Part shown: piece by piece, positions 53,338-62,137 of the stretch
How positions within the stretch are numbered: the stretch's first letter is position 1
Layout of the letters: each line of letters starts with the position of its first letter
Source: Candidatus Amesbacteria bacterium
Lineage (GTDB): Bacteria > Patescibacteriota > Microgenomatia > CAZETR01 > Amesbacteraceae
Assembly (NCBI GenBank): GCA_963736875.1
Contig: CAVTQH010000003.1
Span: forward strand, 129,756 to 193,755
Length of the DNA stretch: 64,000 nt
Direction of reading: 5' to 3'
Notes under the pieces: generated by a model
What the model was told of the DNA's origin: nothing
The model's database searches: none
Seen by the model: only the letters and a program-made list of their open reading frames with translations
Position numbers and translations under genes: made by a program

Positions 53338-56300
53338 CCGAGGCGGATGCGGCGAAGAGATTTTGAGCGCCGGTACCGTTTAATATCAAAGCTGCTTTGC
53401 CAGGGTTATTGGCAGCCAGATCAAATGATCCGGAGTTATTGTATTCAACTATGTTGCCATTTCCGGTGTTATTTTCGATAGTTCCGGCAGTGTTTCCAAG
53501 AAGATTGTTTCCGGATACGTACATGTTGGAATTTGTGGAACCGCCAAGATCGATAGCGTAACCTGCACAACCGGTGATGGTGTTACCGGTGATGGTGCCG
53601 TGGGTGTTACTGTTATCGTTAATGTAAATTCCATCATCGTCACCTACGGAACTGATAGTGTTACCGGTAATGGAAAAGTTATCCGAGTCGTAAATATCTA
53701 TAGCACCGGAAGTGGTATCGATATCGTAGATGGAATTTCCGGAGATGACGGTATTGTTTCCTGTGACTGTGATGGCTGTTCCTCCGGTGCCATAACCATC
53801 GAAAACGTTACCGGTTATAGTATCCCTTCCACCGGTTCCGGTAGTTGATACTGCTTTCACCCCGGCGGTTGGGTATATGAAATAGTTATTACTTACAACT
53901 GATAAAAATCCCAGGATTATGATTTGCTCGGATCCGACTCCGTTTCCAATATTTTCAAAAGTGTTTCCGGAAATAATATTACCCGTCGAAGCCGTACTGG
54001 TCCAAATCGAATGGTCGGACTGACCGGAGAATAACGAATTAATGATTTTAGAGTCAAAGATTTCATACAAATTCATCCCGGTTAGTCCGTTGGTAATTTT
54101 AAGGTTTTCAAAAACCAGATGAACATGTTCACCGGACGAGTAGAGAGAGTCGATGATATTTTGAGTAATACCGGCATTAGTGATGGTCATGTCATGAAAT
54201 TCGATATCGTCAATACCATCTGAGAGGCTGACTGTGGCCGATCCGCTTCCGCCGCTAATTGATGTCCGGTCACTACCGGCTCCATAGAATTTAAGAGCTT
54301 TTGTGACAGTGATGTTTTCTGAATACGTGCCGGGGGAGATAAAGATGGAGCCACCGGTGGGGGCGTTGGTGATGGCAGCAGCGACAGTGGTATCAGTACC
54401 CCCGCCGTTGGCATCTACAACCCGGTCATATTTAGCCCGCTCGAAAGCGGCGGATTCAGAAGCGATGTTGGTCCAGTTACCGGCGCTGTTTCTCAGCTGC
54501 ATAACTCCTGAGTTGTCCCTGATACCGTAACCGCTGGCTCCGGCGGTGGTACCGAAGTTGAGATATGAAGAAGCATTGAGGACCAGTTCACCGGCGTAAG
54601 TTAATCTGAAGCGGGTGGTACCGGCAGCGGAAGCAGTCAGCAGATCCATATTATCAGTGGAGAGCTGGTTTATTATCACAGCGGCTTTGCCACGAGTTAA
54701 GGATCCGGGAAGAACCACCCGGGCGGAGGAGGTGGCAGTAGCACCCAGAAGAACATCTTCCATAATGTTTCTTTGGGTAAGAGCACCGGTGCCGGTTTCC
54801 TGCCAGTTGCTGGAACCTGATCCACTGGAACAGGCAGACCAGGAAAGAACACCGGAGCCGTTACTGGAAAGACACTGGGTGCCGGTGGAGTCAACATTGG
54901 GCAGGGTCCAGATTCTGGAAGTGGTGATGGCATCGGGACCTTTAAATCCGACGTATTCCGAACCGCCGGCTGCCAGTTCCCGGAATCTTAATTCAGCAGT
55001 ATCTCCGGAGTCGGTATGGTACGGATACATATTAATATCGCCGTTACTGTCGACGGTGAACAAGGTGTTGTTGGCTTTGTTGAATTTCAGGAAGTTACCT
55101 GAAAAGCCATTGCCGCCGGCACCGGTGTTATCAATATCGGCAAAGAGGACATTGCCCGAGAAAGCGGAATTTCCGCCCTGGCCCAACTGAACGATGTTGC
55201 CGGTGGTGATGGCGGAGGCGGTAGCGGTCAGGATATTGCCGGTAAGAGTACCTGAGCTCAAAAGGGCAGCGCTGCCGGTGTGGGCGCCGGAAGCATTGAG
55301 GTAGAATGCCCCGTTGGTAAAGGCTGCGGTACTGCCTGTCGTGAGAGAAAGCAAGCTGCCGGTCAATCCTGTACCAGAAGAACCAACAGCCAGGAGATTA
55401 CCGCCGGTTGCGGAATTGGCAGCCAAATTGAGCAGCCCCGTACCAGTGTATATGCCGGAGGTGGTGATGGTTGCACCGTTGCCGGCGGTAGCTGCTCCCA
55501 TGTTTAAGTCAAGCAGTTCGCCGTTGGTGGTCATGGAAGTGCCGCCGATGATTTCCATGCCGGTGCCCGAAGTAAGGCCGGTAAAGGAAAGCTTTGAGCC
55601 GTCGCCGGTGGTCAGGGAATTGGCAACGACGTTAATCAGGCCGTCGGCAGCTCCGGTTCCGGTGTACACGCCGGTGGAAGTGACGGTGACGCCGGCACCC
55701 ACGGTATTGGCTCCCAGGACCAGGTCAACCAGTTCACCGCCGGTGGCCATGGTGGCGGCTGATCCGGTGATCCTCAGACCCGAGCCGGTGGTCAGAGAGC
55801 TGGCAATAATGGAAACAGCATTGTTGGTAGTAGCGGGAGTCCCGATGGCGGTGAAGTAGGCAGAAGCGGTAGCGGTATCACCGACAAATAAATCCTGGGT
55901 GGTGTTTAAGGAAGCCAGACCGGTATTGGTGTTAACCAGCTGCCACTTACTGGTACCGGTGCCTCCTCCGCACGAAGACCAGGAGAAAACTCCGGCACCA
56001 TTACTGGACAGACACTGGGTTCCGGAGGAATCAACATTGGGCAGGGTCCAGATTACGGATGTGGTGATGGCATCGGGACCTTTGAACCCGACGTATTCGG
56101 AACCACCGGCTGCCAGTTCCCGGAATCTTAATTCAGAGGTGTTGCCGGTGGCGGTACCGTAAGGATACATATTAATATCGCCGTTACTGTCGACGGTGAA
56201 CAAGGTGTTGTTGGCTTTGTTGAATTTCAGGAAGTTACCTGAAAAACCATTGCCGCCGGCACCGGTGTTATCAATATCGGCAAAGACGACATTGCCCGAG

Positions 56301-59300
56301 AAAGCGGAATTTCCGCCCTGGCCCAACTGAACGATGTTGCCGGTGGTGATGGCGGAGGCGGTAGCGGTGAAGACGTTACCGGTGGCGGTACCCGAAGTCA
56401 GGTTAAGAAGACCTCCGGTTCCGGTGTAGGCGCCGGCGGCGGAGATCTGGACCAGGCCGTTGGTTAAAGCTGTGGCTCCCGAAGGACCGGTGACTTTGAT
56501 TCCGTAGCCGGTGCCGTTCAGGCCGGTCGTTGAGATATTCAAAGCGCCGCCGGTGCCGGTGGTCAGGGAGTTGGCGGTCAGGGCTTCAAGGACACCGTTA
56601 TTGGTGGTCATGGTAGAGGAGACATCGAGAAGGTTACCGGTCAGGGTAGTGCCGGTGTTGGTGATTTTGAGGCCGGTGCCGGAGGTTACAGAGTTGGCAA
56701 TAATGGCGACGGCATTGTTGGTAGTAGCGGGAGTCCCGATGGCGGTGAAGTAGGCAGAAGCGGTAGCGGTATCACCGACAAACAAATCCTGGGTGGTATT
56801 TAAAGAGGCCAGACCGGTATTGGTGTTAACCAGCTGCCACTTACTGGTACCGGTGCCTCCCCCGCACGAAGACCAGGAGAAAACTCCGGCACCGTTACTG
56901 GACAGACACTGGGTTCCGGAGGAATCAACATTGGGCAGGGTCCAGATTACGGATGTGGTGATGGCATCGGGACCTTTGAACCCGACGTATTCCGAACCGC
57001 CGGCAGCCAGTTCCCGGAATCTTAATTCAGAGGTGTTGCCGGCTCCGGTATTGTACGGGTATAAATTGAGGTCGCCGTTGTTACCCAGAACGAAACGGGT
57101 GGAACCGGAGACGGAAGCTGTAAGAATATTCTGGTCAGTGTTGGTAATATTGAATATAGCCATTGCTTTACCTGAGACGGATCCGTAAACATTTAATATT
57201 CCTTCGGCCGGTGCACTACCATAGAGCACCTTGCCACTATCAGTAATGGTCATGGCAGCTGTCTTGGCACCGTTCTGGTTGGTGTACATGATCAGACTTC
57301 CCTGATCCTGATAGATTGATCCGTCACTCATAATCAGTGACCCGCCGGCGTATACCGCACCCGAGAGGTACAAATCCTTGAAACGGGAAGAGGAGGTGGC
57401 ACCGATATCGACTGCGGAATCGGTGGCAGGAAGCACGGCACCCGTACCCAAGTCAAAAACAATGTTGCCGGAGTTATATGTTTTAAGAGTCAGGTTATTG
57501 GATTCGTAATTATCGCCAACCTCGATGGTAAAGGGAGCTTTGGTTTTAATATTGGATGATGTTTGGTTAGAAAAGTTTAGATCGTAGGCCATGGTGACGT
57601 CGCCGGCGTTATTGAAGGCTGTAGGCAAGTTGGATATAACCTGTGAAGTGGAAACGGAGAAGAGTGATGAACCGTTGTCGGTGATGTTTAGGAGATTACC
57701 GGTGGTATCACCGTTGGCGCCGATGTTTATCCGGAACAAGTCTCCGGAAGCGGTGGCGGCGGATGAGGGAGACCAGTCAAGGGAAAGGAGACGGCCGGAG
57801 GTAAGGGCAGTGCCGGTGCCGGAGATGCTGAAAGCGTTGCCTGTCGTCAGGGAATTGACATTCAGAGTCATGGCGTTTCCGGTCGAGGCTGCCAGACCGG
57901 CAACGTTTAAGAAAGCCGAAGCGGTAGCGGTAGCACCGATATTTAAGTCATCGGTGACGTATGAAGGAGCCAGTGAGCCGTCGGTTCTCTGCCAGAAGTC
58001 ATTGGCTGAAAGACCCAGAGTGCCTCCGGCATCCGGCAGAGTCCAGATGCGGGCAGCTGTCAGGTCAGCGGTGGTTAAAGTACCGGTGTAGGCGGTTCCG
58101 GCTGTGGCGGAGGGAGAAATCTTGAAAGTGTCAGCTGTGGCTGTACCGGAATAGAGGAAGGTATTACCGGTTAAGCCCTCCACCTGGAATCTGGCAGAGC
58201 CGGTAGCAGTACCGCCGATGAAGAGATCCTGAATATCGGCATTTAACGGAGCAAGACCGGTATCGCTGTTGACTAACTGCCAGAAGTTAGTGCCGGAAGG
58301 AGTACCCCAGCTCAAAGTTCCGGAGCCGTTATTCATCAGATACTGGGAACCGGATGACTGGCCGGTAGGCAATGTCATAGAGTAAGTGGTGCCGGTAACA
58401 CCTGAAACCAAAGTAACGGTATTGGCGTTGGAAGCGTTTTGAAGTACCAGACTACCTGCATTGGCGGAGGCAGTACCTAAAGTCAAGCTGCCCGTCCTAT
58501 CAAGTTTCATCACGGTGGCACCTGAAGCTGAAGCTGTCAGGATATTTTGGTCACCGGTTTCGTTTAGCTGGACTAAAGCCTGGCCAACTTTAGCTCCGGA
58601 AATAGTGAGCAGACCGGCTGGGGTAACGGCAGTACCGATGCCGACTCCGCCGGTACCTACGTCCAACAGGATATTGCCGGCGTTGTAGGTTCTCAAGGTC
58701 AGGTTGTTGCTTTCGTGGCTTTCACCAACGTTAATAGTAAACGGACCCAGGGATTCGATCTGGGAAGATGTTTGATTAGTCATGTTGATGTCGTAGCTGA
58801 AGGAGACATCACCGGCGGCGGTAAAGACGGCGGGGATGTTGGAGGTCATCTGGGAAGTGGAGACGGAGAAGAGTGAGGAACCGTTGTCGGTGATGTTTAG
58901 GAGATTGCCCGTGGTATCACCGTTGACCCCGATGTTAATCCTGAACAAGTCTCCGGAAGCGGTAGCGGGGGATGAAGGGGACCAGTCAAGGGAAAAGAGC
59001 CGGCCGGAGGTAAGAGCAGTGCCGGTGCCGGAGATGCTGAAAGCGTTGCCTGTCGTCAGGGAATTGACATTCAGAGTCATGGCGTTGCCGGTTGTGGCTG
59101 CCAGACCGGCAACATTCAGGAAAGCGGAGGCGGTAGCGGTGGCTCCGACATTCAAGTCATCAGTGACAAATGAAGGAGCCAGTGAGCCGTCGGTTCTCTG
59201 CCAGAAGTCATTGGCTGAAAGTCCCAGAGTGCCTCCGGCATCCGGCAGAGTCCAGATGCGGGCAGCTGTCAGGTCAGCGGTGGTTAAAGTACCGGTGTAG

Positions 59301-62137
59301 GCGGTTCCGGCTGTGGCGGAGGGAGAAATCTTGAAAGTGTCAGCTGTGGCAGTCCCTGATATCAAGCTGACATCACCGGTACTGCTTACAGTAAAGCGGG
59401 TGGAGCCGGAAAGAGATGCGGTAAGGATATCCTGGGCTTCGGTCTGGTTAATGATGGCTGCTGCCATTCCCCGGTCAAGTGAACCAGCCAGAGAAATCTT
59501 AGCGGAGGCGGTAGCGGTGGCTCCGAGGTTAACGTCGGCAGTCAGGGAGAAAGGAGACAGCGAGCCTGTGGCAGATAGTTGCCAATAATTTGCTCCCCCG
59601 CTTTGCACTGTTAAATCAACCCAGGTATCCGTAGCTTCACAGTAGTAGATATTAGTGCCACTGCTATACATTTCTCCGACCGTACAGTTGGCAGGAGTTG
59701 TTCCCGGGTCCAGGTAGAGGATGCCTCCATCGGCTGCCGCATTTACTCCGAAGTAGCCAAGATTTATGGAACCATTACCAAAACCTATTCTTCCGTCTGT
59801 CTGATTACTGATAGTCTCGGCATTTTCCAAAACAATTTCTGTCGTTAAATCAGCGGCGTCAAATGTAATCCCTGTTCCGATTGTACCGGCAGAGAAGTTA
59901 ATACCATTGGTCAGCGTCCCCGCATTTTGAGCAATGTTTATGGCATTGGTGGTTGTTCCGCCGGTTCCGTTTCTGTATATATATAATCCGTTGGTCTGTG
60001 TACCTCCTGTATTTGTCATGAAGAAGTCTGCAGCATTTCCGGTACCTGCATTTGTCAGTTCGATCACACTTCCGGTGCAGTCGGCATTTGCTCCGCAGTT
60101 TTGAGCGAGAGATACTAAGTTGGAGGAATCCGAGATGCTGCCTGCGGTTTCGGTTAGGCTGGATGCAATTTTTAGTACATCACCATCTACTACAGTAGAA
60201 CCACTGGCATGAGTATTAGTTATTGATCGGTTTAGTTCTGCAAGATTTACTGAATCGGTAAATGCGGTACCAGACATACTGTTTGAGGTGAGATCGTTTA
60301 AGATTAATAAGTCCATAGAGTTTGTCTGGCCTGACGCTCCGGTATCGTATGAACCGATGTTTATACCTCTGCCACTGCCAATGCCATCCATATTTATTAA
60401 TATTCCTGTGCCCGGTCCTGCTGCTTGGGTAATTTCCAGGACAGCGGCTGATGATAATACGTCAGATTGGCTAAGTTTTAATAAATTCCCGGTCGAATTA
60501 TTTGAACCGTCATTTGCCTGTGTTATTTCCATAACATTCGAAGTTCTGCCACCACTTGCCAAGTTTGAAGTGATAGTAAAAGTGCCTGCGTTTGCAGGAT
60601 TGTAAGCCATATCGTAATCAGAAAGAGCTTCAACGCTGAATATTGCAGATGAAGTGGCCGTTCCCCCTATCGCCAGATCAGCCGTGGTCGAGAATGGCGC
60701 CAGGACCCCGGCGTTTAACTGCCAGAAACCGAACTGGCCGGATGAAGGACCGTAACAGACGGAGCCTGACAGACAGACGGTGCCTGTCGCATCCGGGAAA
60801 GTGATGATGTGGGAGGAAGTCTGGGCGGAAGTCAGAGTCAGAGTGTTGGTGGTACCCAGGACCAGCTGGTTGCTTGCCGCTGCAAAAGTGCCGGAGAGAA
60901 GAGAAGCCGCGCCGGTGTTGGCGATGTTGTATGTGGTGGCTCCGCCGAAACTGACACCCTGGCTGAACTGGGTGTAGTTGGCGACGCCGGTCAAAGTATT
61001 GGTGTTGGGCAGAGTGACGGTGCCGGCCGTCGTCACATTACCCGTCCCGGGAGCGACGGAGAAGTTACTGCCGCCGACGGTTAAATTGGCCGTGGTCACA
61101 TCCAGGCCGTTGGTGGCATCGACGTTGCCGGCAAAAGTAGCCAGGCCGGTTTCGGATATCGTCAACCCCGTGGTCCAGGCATCCTGGCCGCTTTTATACT
61201 GCAGAGTCAAAGGACCCATGTCGGGCCTGATGACGTTGCCGGCGGTGAAGATCCCGGCCACGGAAGCGGTGCCGGATGTCAGCAGATTGCCGGTGTCGGC
61301 ATATACATGGAAGAGAGCGGAAGCGGTGGCCGTTCCCCCTATCGCCAGATCAGCCGTGGTCGAGAATGGCGCCAGGACCCCGGCGTTTAACTGCCAGAAA
61401 CCGAACTGGCCGGATGAAGGACCGTAACAGACGGAGCCTGACAGACAGACGGTGCCTGTCGCATCCGGGAAAGTGATGATGTGGGAGGAAGTCTGGGCGG
61501 AAGTCAGAGTCAGAGTGTTGGTGGTACCCAGGACCAGCTGGTTGCTTGCCGCTGCAAAAGTGCCGGAGAGAAGAGAAGCCGCGCCGGTGTTGGCGATGTT
61601 GTATGTGGTGGCTCCGCCGAAACTGACACCCTGGCTGAACTGGGTGTAGTTGGCGACGCCGGTCAAAGTATTGGTGTTGGGCAGAGTGACGGTGCCGGCC
61701 GTCGTCACATTACCCGTCCCGGGAGCGACGGAGAAGTTACTGCCGCCGACGGTTAAATTGGCCGTGGTCACATCCAGGCCGTTGGTGGCATCGACGTTGC
61801 CGGCAAAAGTAGCCAGGCCGGTTTCGGATATCGTCAACCCCGTGGTCCAGGCATCCTGGCCGCTTTTATACTGCAGAGTCAAAGGACCCATGTCGGGCCT
61901 GATGACGTTGCCGGCGGTGAAGATCCCGGCCACGGAAGCGGTGCCGGATGTCAGCAGATTGCCGGTGTCGGCATATACATGGAAGAGAGCGGAGGCGGTG
62001 GCCGTTCCCCCTATGGCCAGATCAGCCGTGGTCGAGAAAGGCGCCAGGACGCCGGCGTTTAACTGCCAGAAACCGAACTGGCCGGATGAAGGACCGTAAC
62101 AGACGGAGCCTGACAGACAGACGGTGCCGGTCGGCAT
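53156..62137 (-). CDS. Mega-gene main segment (2993 aa; the real gene continues upstream past 64000 and downstream to ~50532). It is a GC-rich beta-helix/tail-fibre-like surface protein
   Basis: The N-terminus is the 224-aa tandem repeat, present ~2.5 times here. The middle has 'GSEYVGFKGPDAITTSVIWTLPNVDSSGTQCLSSNGAGVFSWSSCGGG' modules and 'GVGIGTAVTPAGLLTISG' tail-fibre-like motifs. The C-terminal ~330 aa are parallel beta-helix (PbH1) repeats such as 'ITGNVFDGYGTGGTAITVTGNNTVISGNSIYDIDTTSGAIDIYDSDNFSITGNTIS'. A sampled 60-mer is ~63% GC. Confidence 0.75.
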   Translation of the reverse strand: MPTGTVCLSGSVCYGPSSGQFGFWQLNAGVLAPFSTTADLAIGGTATASALFHVYADTGNLLTSGTASVAGIFTAGNVIRPDMGPLTLQYKSGQDAWTTGLTISETGLATFAGNVDATNGLDVTTANLTVGGSNFSVAPGTGNVTTAGTVTLPNTNTLTGVANYTQFSQGVSFGGATTYNIANTGAASLLSGTFAAASNQLVLGTTNTLTLTSAQTSSHIITFPDATGTVCLSGSVCYGPSSGQFGFWQLNAGVLAPFSTTADLAIGGTATASALFHVYADTGNLLTSGTASVAGIFTAGNVIRPDMGPLTLQYKSGQDAWTTGLTISETGLATFAGNVDATNGLDVTTANLTVGGSNFSVAPGTGNVTTAGTVTLPNTNTLTGVANYTQFSQGVSFGGATTYNIANTGAASLLSGTFAAASNQLVLGTTNTLTLTSAQTSSHIITFPDATGTVCLSGSVCYGPSSGQFGFWQLNAGVLAPFSTTADLAIGGTATSSAIFSVEALSDYDMAYNPANAGTFTITSNLASGGRTSNVMEITQANDGSNNSTGNLLKLSQSDVLSSAAVLEITQAAGPGTGILINMDGIGSGRGINIGSYDTGASGQTNSMDLLILNDLTSNSMSGTAFTDSVNLAELNRSITNTHASGSTVVDGDVLKIASSLTETAGSISDSSNLVSLAQNCGANADCTGSVIELTNAGTGNAADFFMTNTGGTQTNGLYIYRNGTGGTTTNAINIAQNAGTLTNGINFSAGTIGTGITFDAADLTTEIVLENAETISNQTDGRIGFGNGSINLGYFGVNAAADGGILYLDPGTTPANCTVGEMYSSGTNIYYCEATDTWVDLTVQSGGANYWQLSATGSLSPFSLTADVNLGATATASAKISLAGSLDRGMAAAIINQTEAQDILTASLSGSTRFTVSSTGDVSLISGTATADTFKISPSATAGTAYTGTLTTADLTAARIWTLPDAGGTLGLSANDFWQRTDGSLAPSFVTDDLNVGATATASAFLNVAGLAATTGNAMTLNVNSLTTGNAFSISGTGTALTSGRLFSLDWSPSSPATASGDLFRINIGVNGDTTGNLLNITDNGSSLFSVSTSQMTSNIPAVFTAAGDVSFSYDINMTNQTSSQIESLGPFTINVGESHESNNLTLRTYNAGNILLDVGTGGVGIGTAVTPAGLLTISGAKVGQALVQLNETGDQNILTASASGATVMKLDRTGSLTLGTASANAGSLVLQNASNANTVTLVSGVTGTTYSMTLPTGQSSGSQYLMNNGSGTLSWGTPSGTNFWQLVNSDTGLAPLNADIQDLFIGGTATGSARFQVEGLTGNTFLYSGTATADTFKISPSATAGTAYTGTLTTADLTAARIWTLPDAGGTLGLSANDFWQRTDGSLAPSYVTDDLNIGATATASAFLNVAGLAASTGNAMTLNVNSLTTGNAFSISGTGTALTSGRLLSLDWSPSSAATASGDLFRINIGANGDTTGNLLNITDNGSSLFSVSTSQVISNLPTAFNNAGDVTMAYDLNFSNQTSSNIKTKAPFTIEVGDNYESNNLTLKTYNSGNIVFDLGTGAVLPATDSAVDIGATSSSRFKDLYLSGAVYAGGSLIMSDGSIYQDQGSLIMYTNQNGAKTAAMTITDSGKVLYGSAPAEGILNVYGSVSGKAMAIFNITNTDQNILTASVSGSTRFVLGNNGDLNLYPYNTGAGNTSELRFRELAAGGSEYVGFKGPDAITTSVIWTLPNVDSSGTQCLSSNGAGVFSWSSCGGGTGTSKWQLVNTNTGLASLNTTQDLFVGDTATASAYFTAIGTPATTNNAVAIIANSVTSGTGLKITNTGTTLTGNLLDVSSTMTTNNGVLEALTANSLTTGTGGALNISTTGLNGTGYGIKVTGPSGATALTNGLVQISAAGAYTGTGGLLNLTSGTATGNVFTATASAITTGNIVQLGQGGNSAFSGNVVFADIDNTGAGGNGFSGNFLKFNKANNTLFTVDSNGDINMYPYGTATGNTSELRFRELAAGGSEYVGFKGPDAITTSVIWTLPNVDSSGTQCLSSNGAGVFSWSSCGGGTGTSKWQLVNTNTGLASLNTTQDLFVGDTATASAYFTAIGTPATTNNAVSIIASSLTTGSGLRITGSAATMATGGELVDLVLGANTVGAGVTVTSTGVYTGTGAADGLINVVANSLTTGDGSKLSFTGLTSGTGMEIIGGTSMTTNGELLDLNMGAATAGNGATITTSGIYTGTGLLNLAANSATGGNLLAVGSSGTGLTGSLLSLTTGSTAAFTNGAFYLNASGAHTGSAALLSSGTLTGNILTATASAITTGNIVQLGQGGNSAFSGNVLFADIDNTGAGGNGFSGNFLKFNKANNTLFTVDSNGDINMYPYHTDSGDTAELRFRELAAGGSEYVGFKGPDAITTSRIWTLPNVDSTGTQCLSSNGSGVLSWSACSSGSGSSNWQETGTGALTQRNIMEDVLLGATATSSARVVLPGSLTRGKAAVIINQLSTDNMDLLTASAAGTTRFRLTYAGELVLNASSYLNFGTTAGASGYGIRDNSGVMQLRNSAGNWTNIASESAAFERAKYDRVVDANGGGTDTTVAAAITNAPTGGSIFISPGTYSENITVTKALKFYGAGSDRTSISGGSGSATVSLSDGIDDIEFHDMTITNAGITQNIIDSLYSSGEHVHLVFENLKITNGLTGMNLYEIFDSKIINSLFSGQSDHSIWTSTASTGNIISGNTFENIGNGVGSEQIIILGFLSVVSNNYFIYPTAGVKAVSTTGTGGRDTITGNVFDGYGTGGTAITVTGNNTVISGNSIYDIDTTSGAIDIYDSDNFSITGNTISSVGDDDGIYINDNSNTHGTITGNTITGCAGYAIDLGGSTNSNMYVSGNNLLGNTAGTIENNTGNGNIVEYNNSGSFDLAANNPGKAALILNGTGAQNLFAASASGATRFVLGNNGDINMYPYNTGAGNTAELQIPGTGCRRFRIRRFQRSRCHHHLQDLDSSQC
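55800..57650. repeat. Intragenic tandem duplication of a ~894-nt unit, 2 copies
   Basis: Antisense ORFs 55899.. and 56793.. begin with identical 60-aa peptides ('MVFKEARPVLVLTSCHLLVPVPPPHEDQEKTPAPLLDRHWVPEESTLGRVQITDVVMASGPLNPTYSEPPAASSRNLNSEVLP'). Long identical nucleotide runs include 'atattaatatcgccgttactgtcgacggtgaacaaggtgttgttggctttgttgaatttcaggaagttacctgaaaa'. Confidence 0.8.

Noticed and set aside
41806-62137. Treating 41208..41963, 50532..51227 and 50917..53337 as independent genes
   Set aside because: Each begins or ends with a stretch that is only protein-like in a neighbouring ORF's frame. Their homologous continuation is found in the adjacent long ORF, so they are best explained as frameshift fragments of the giant genes.
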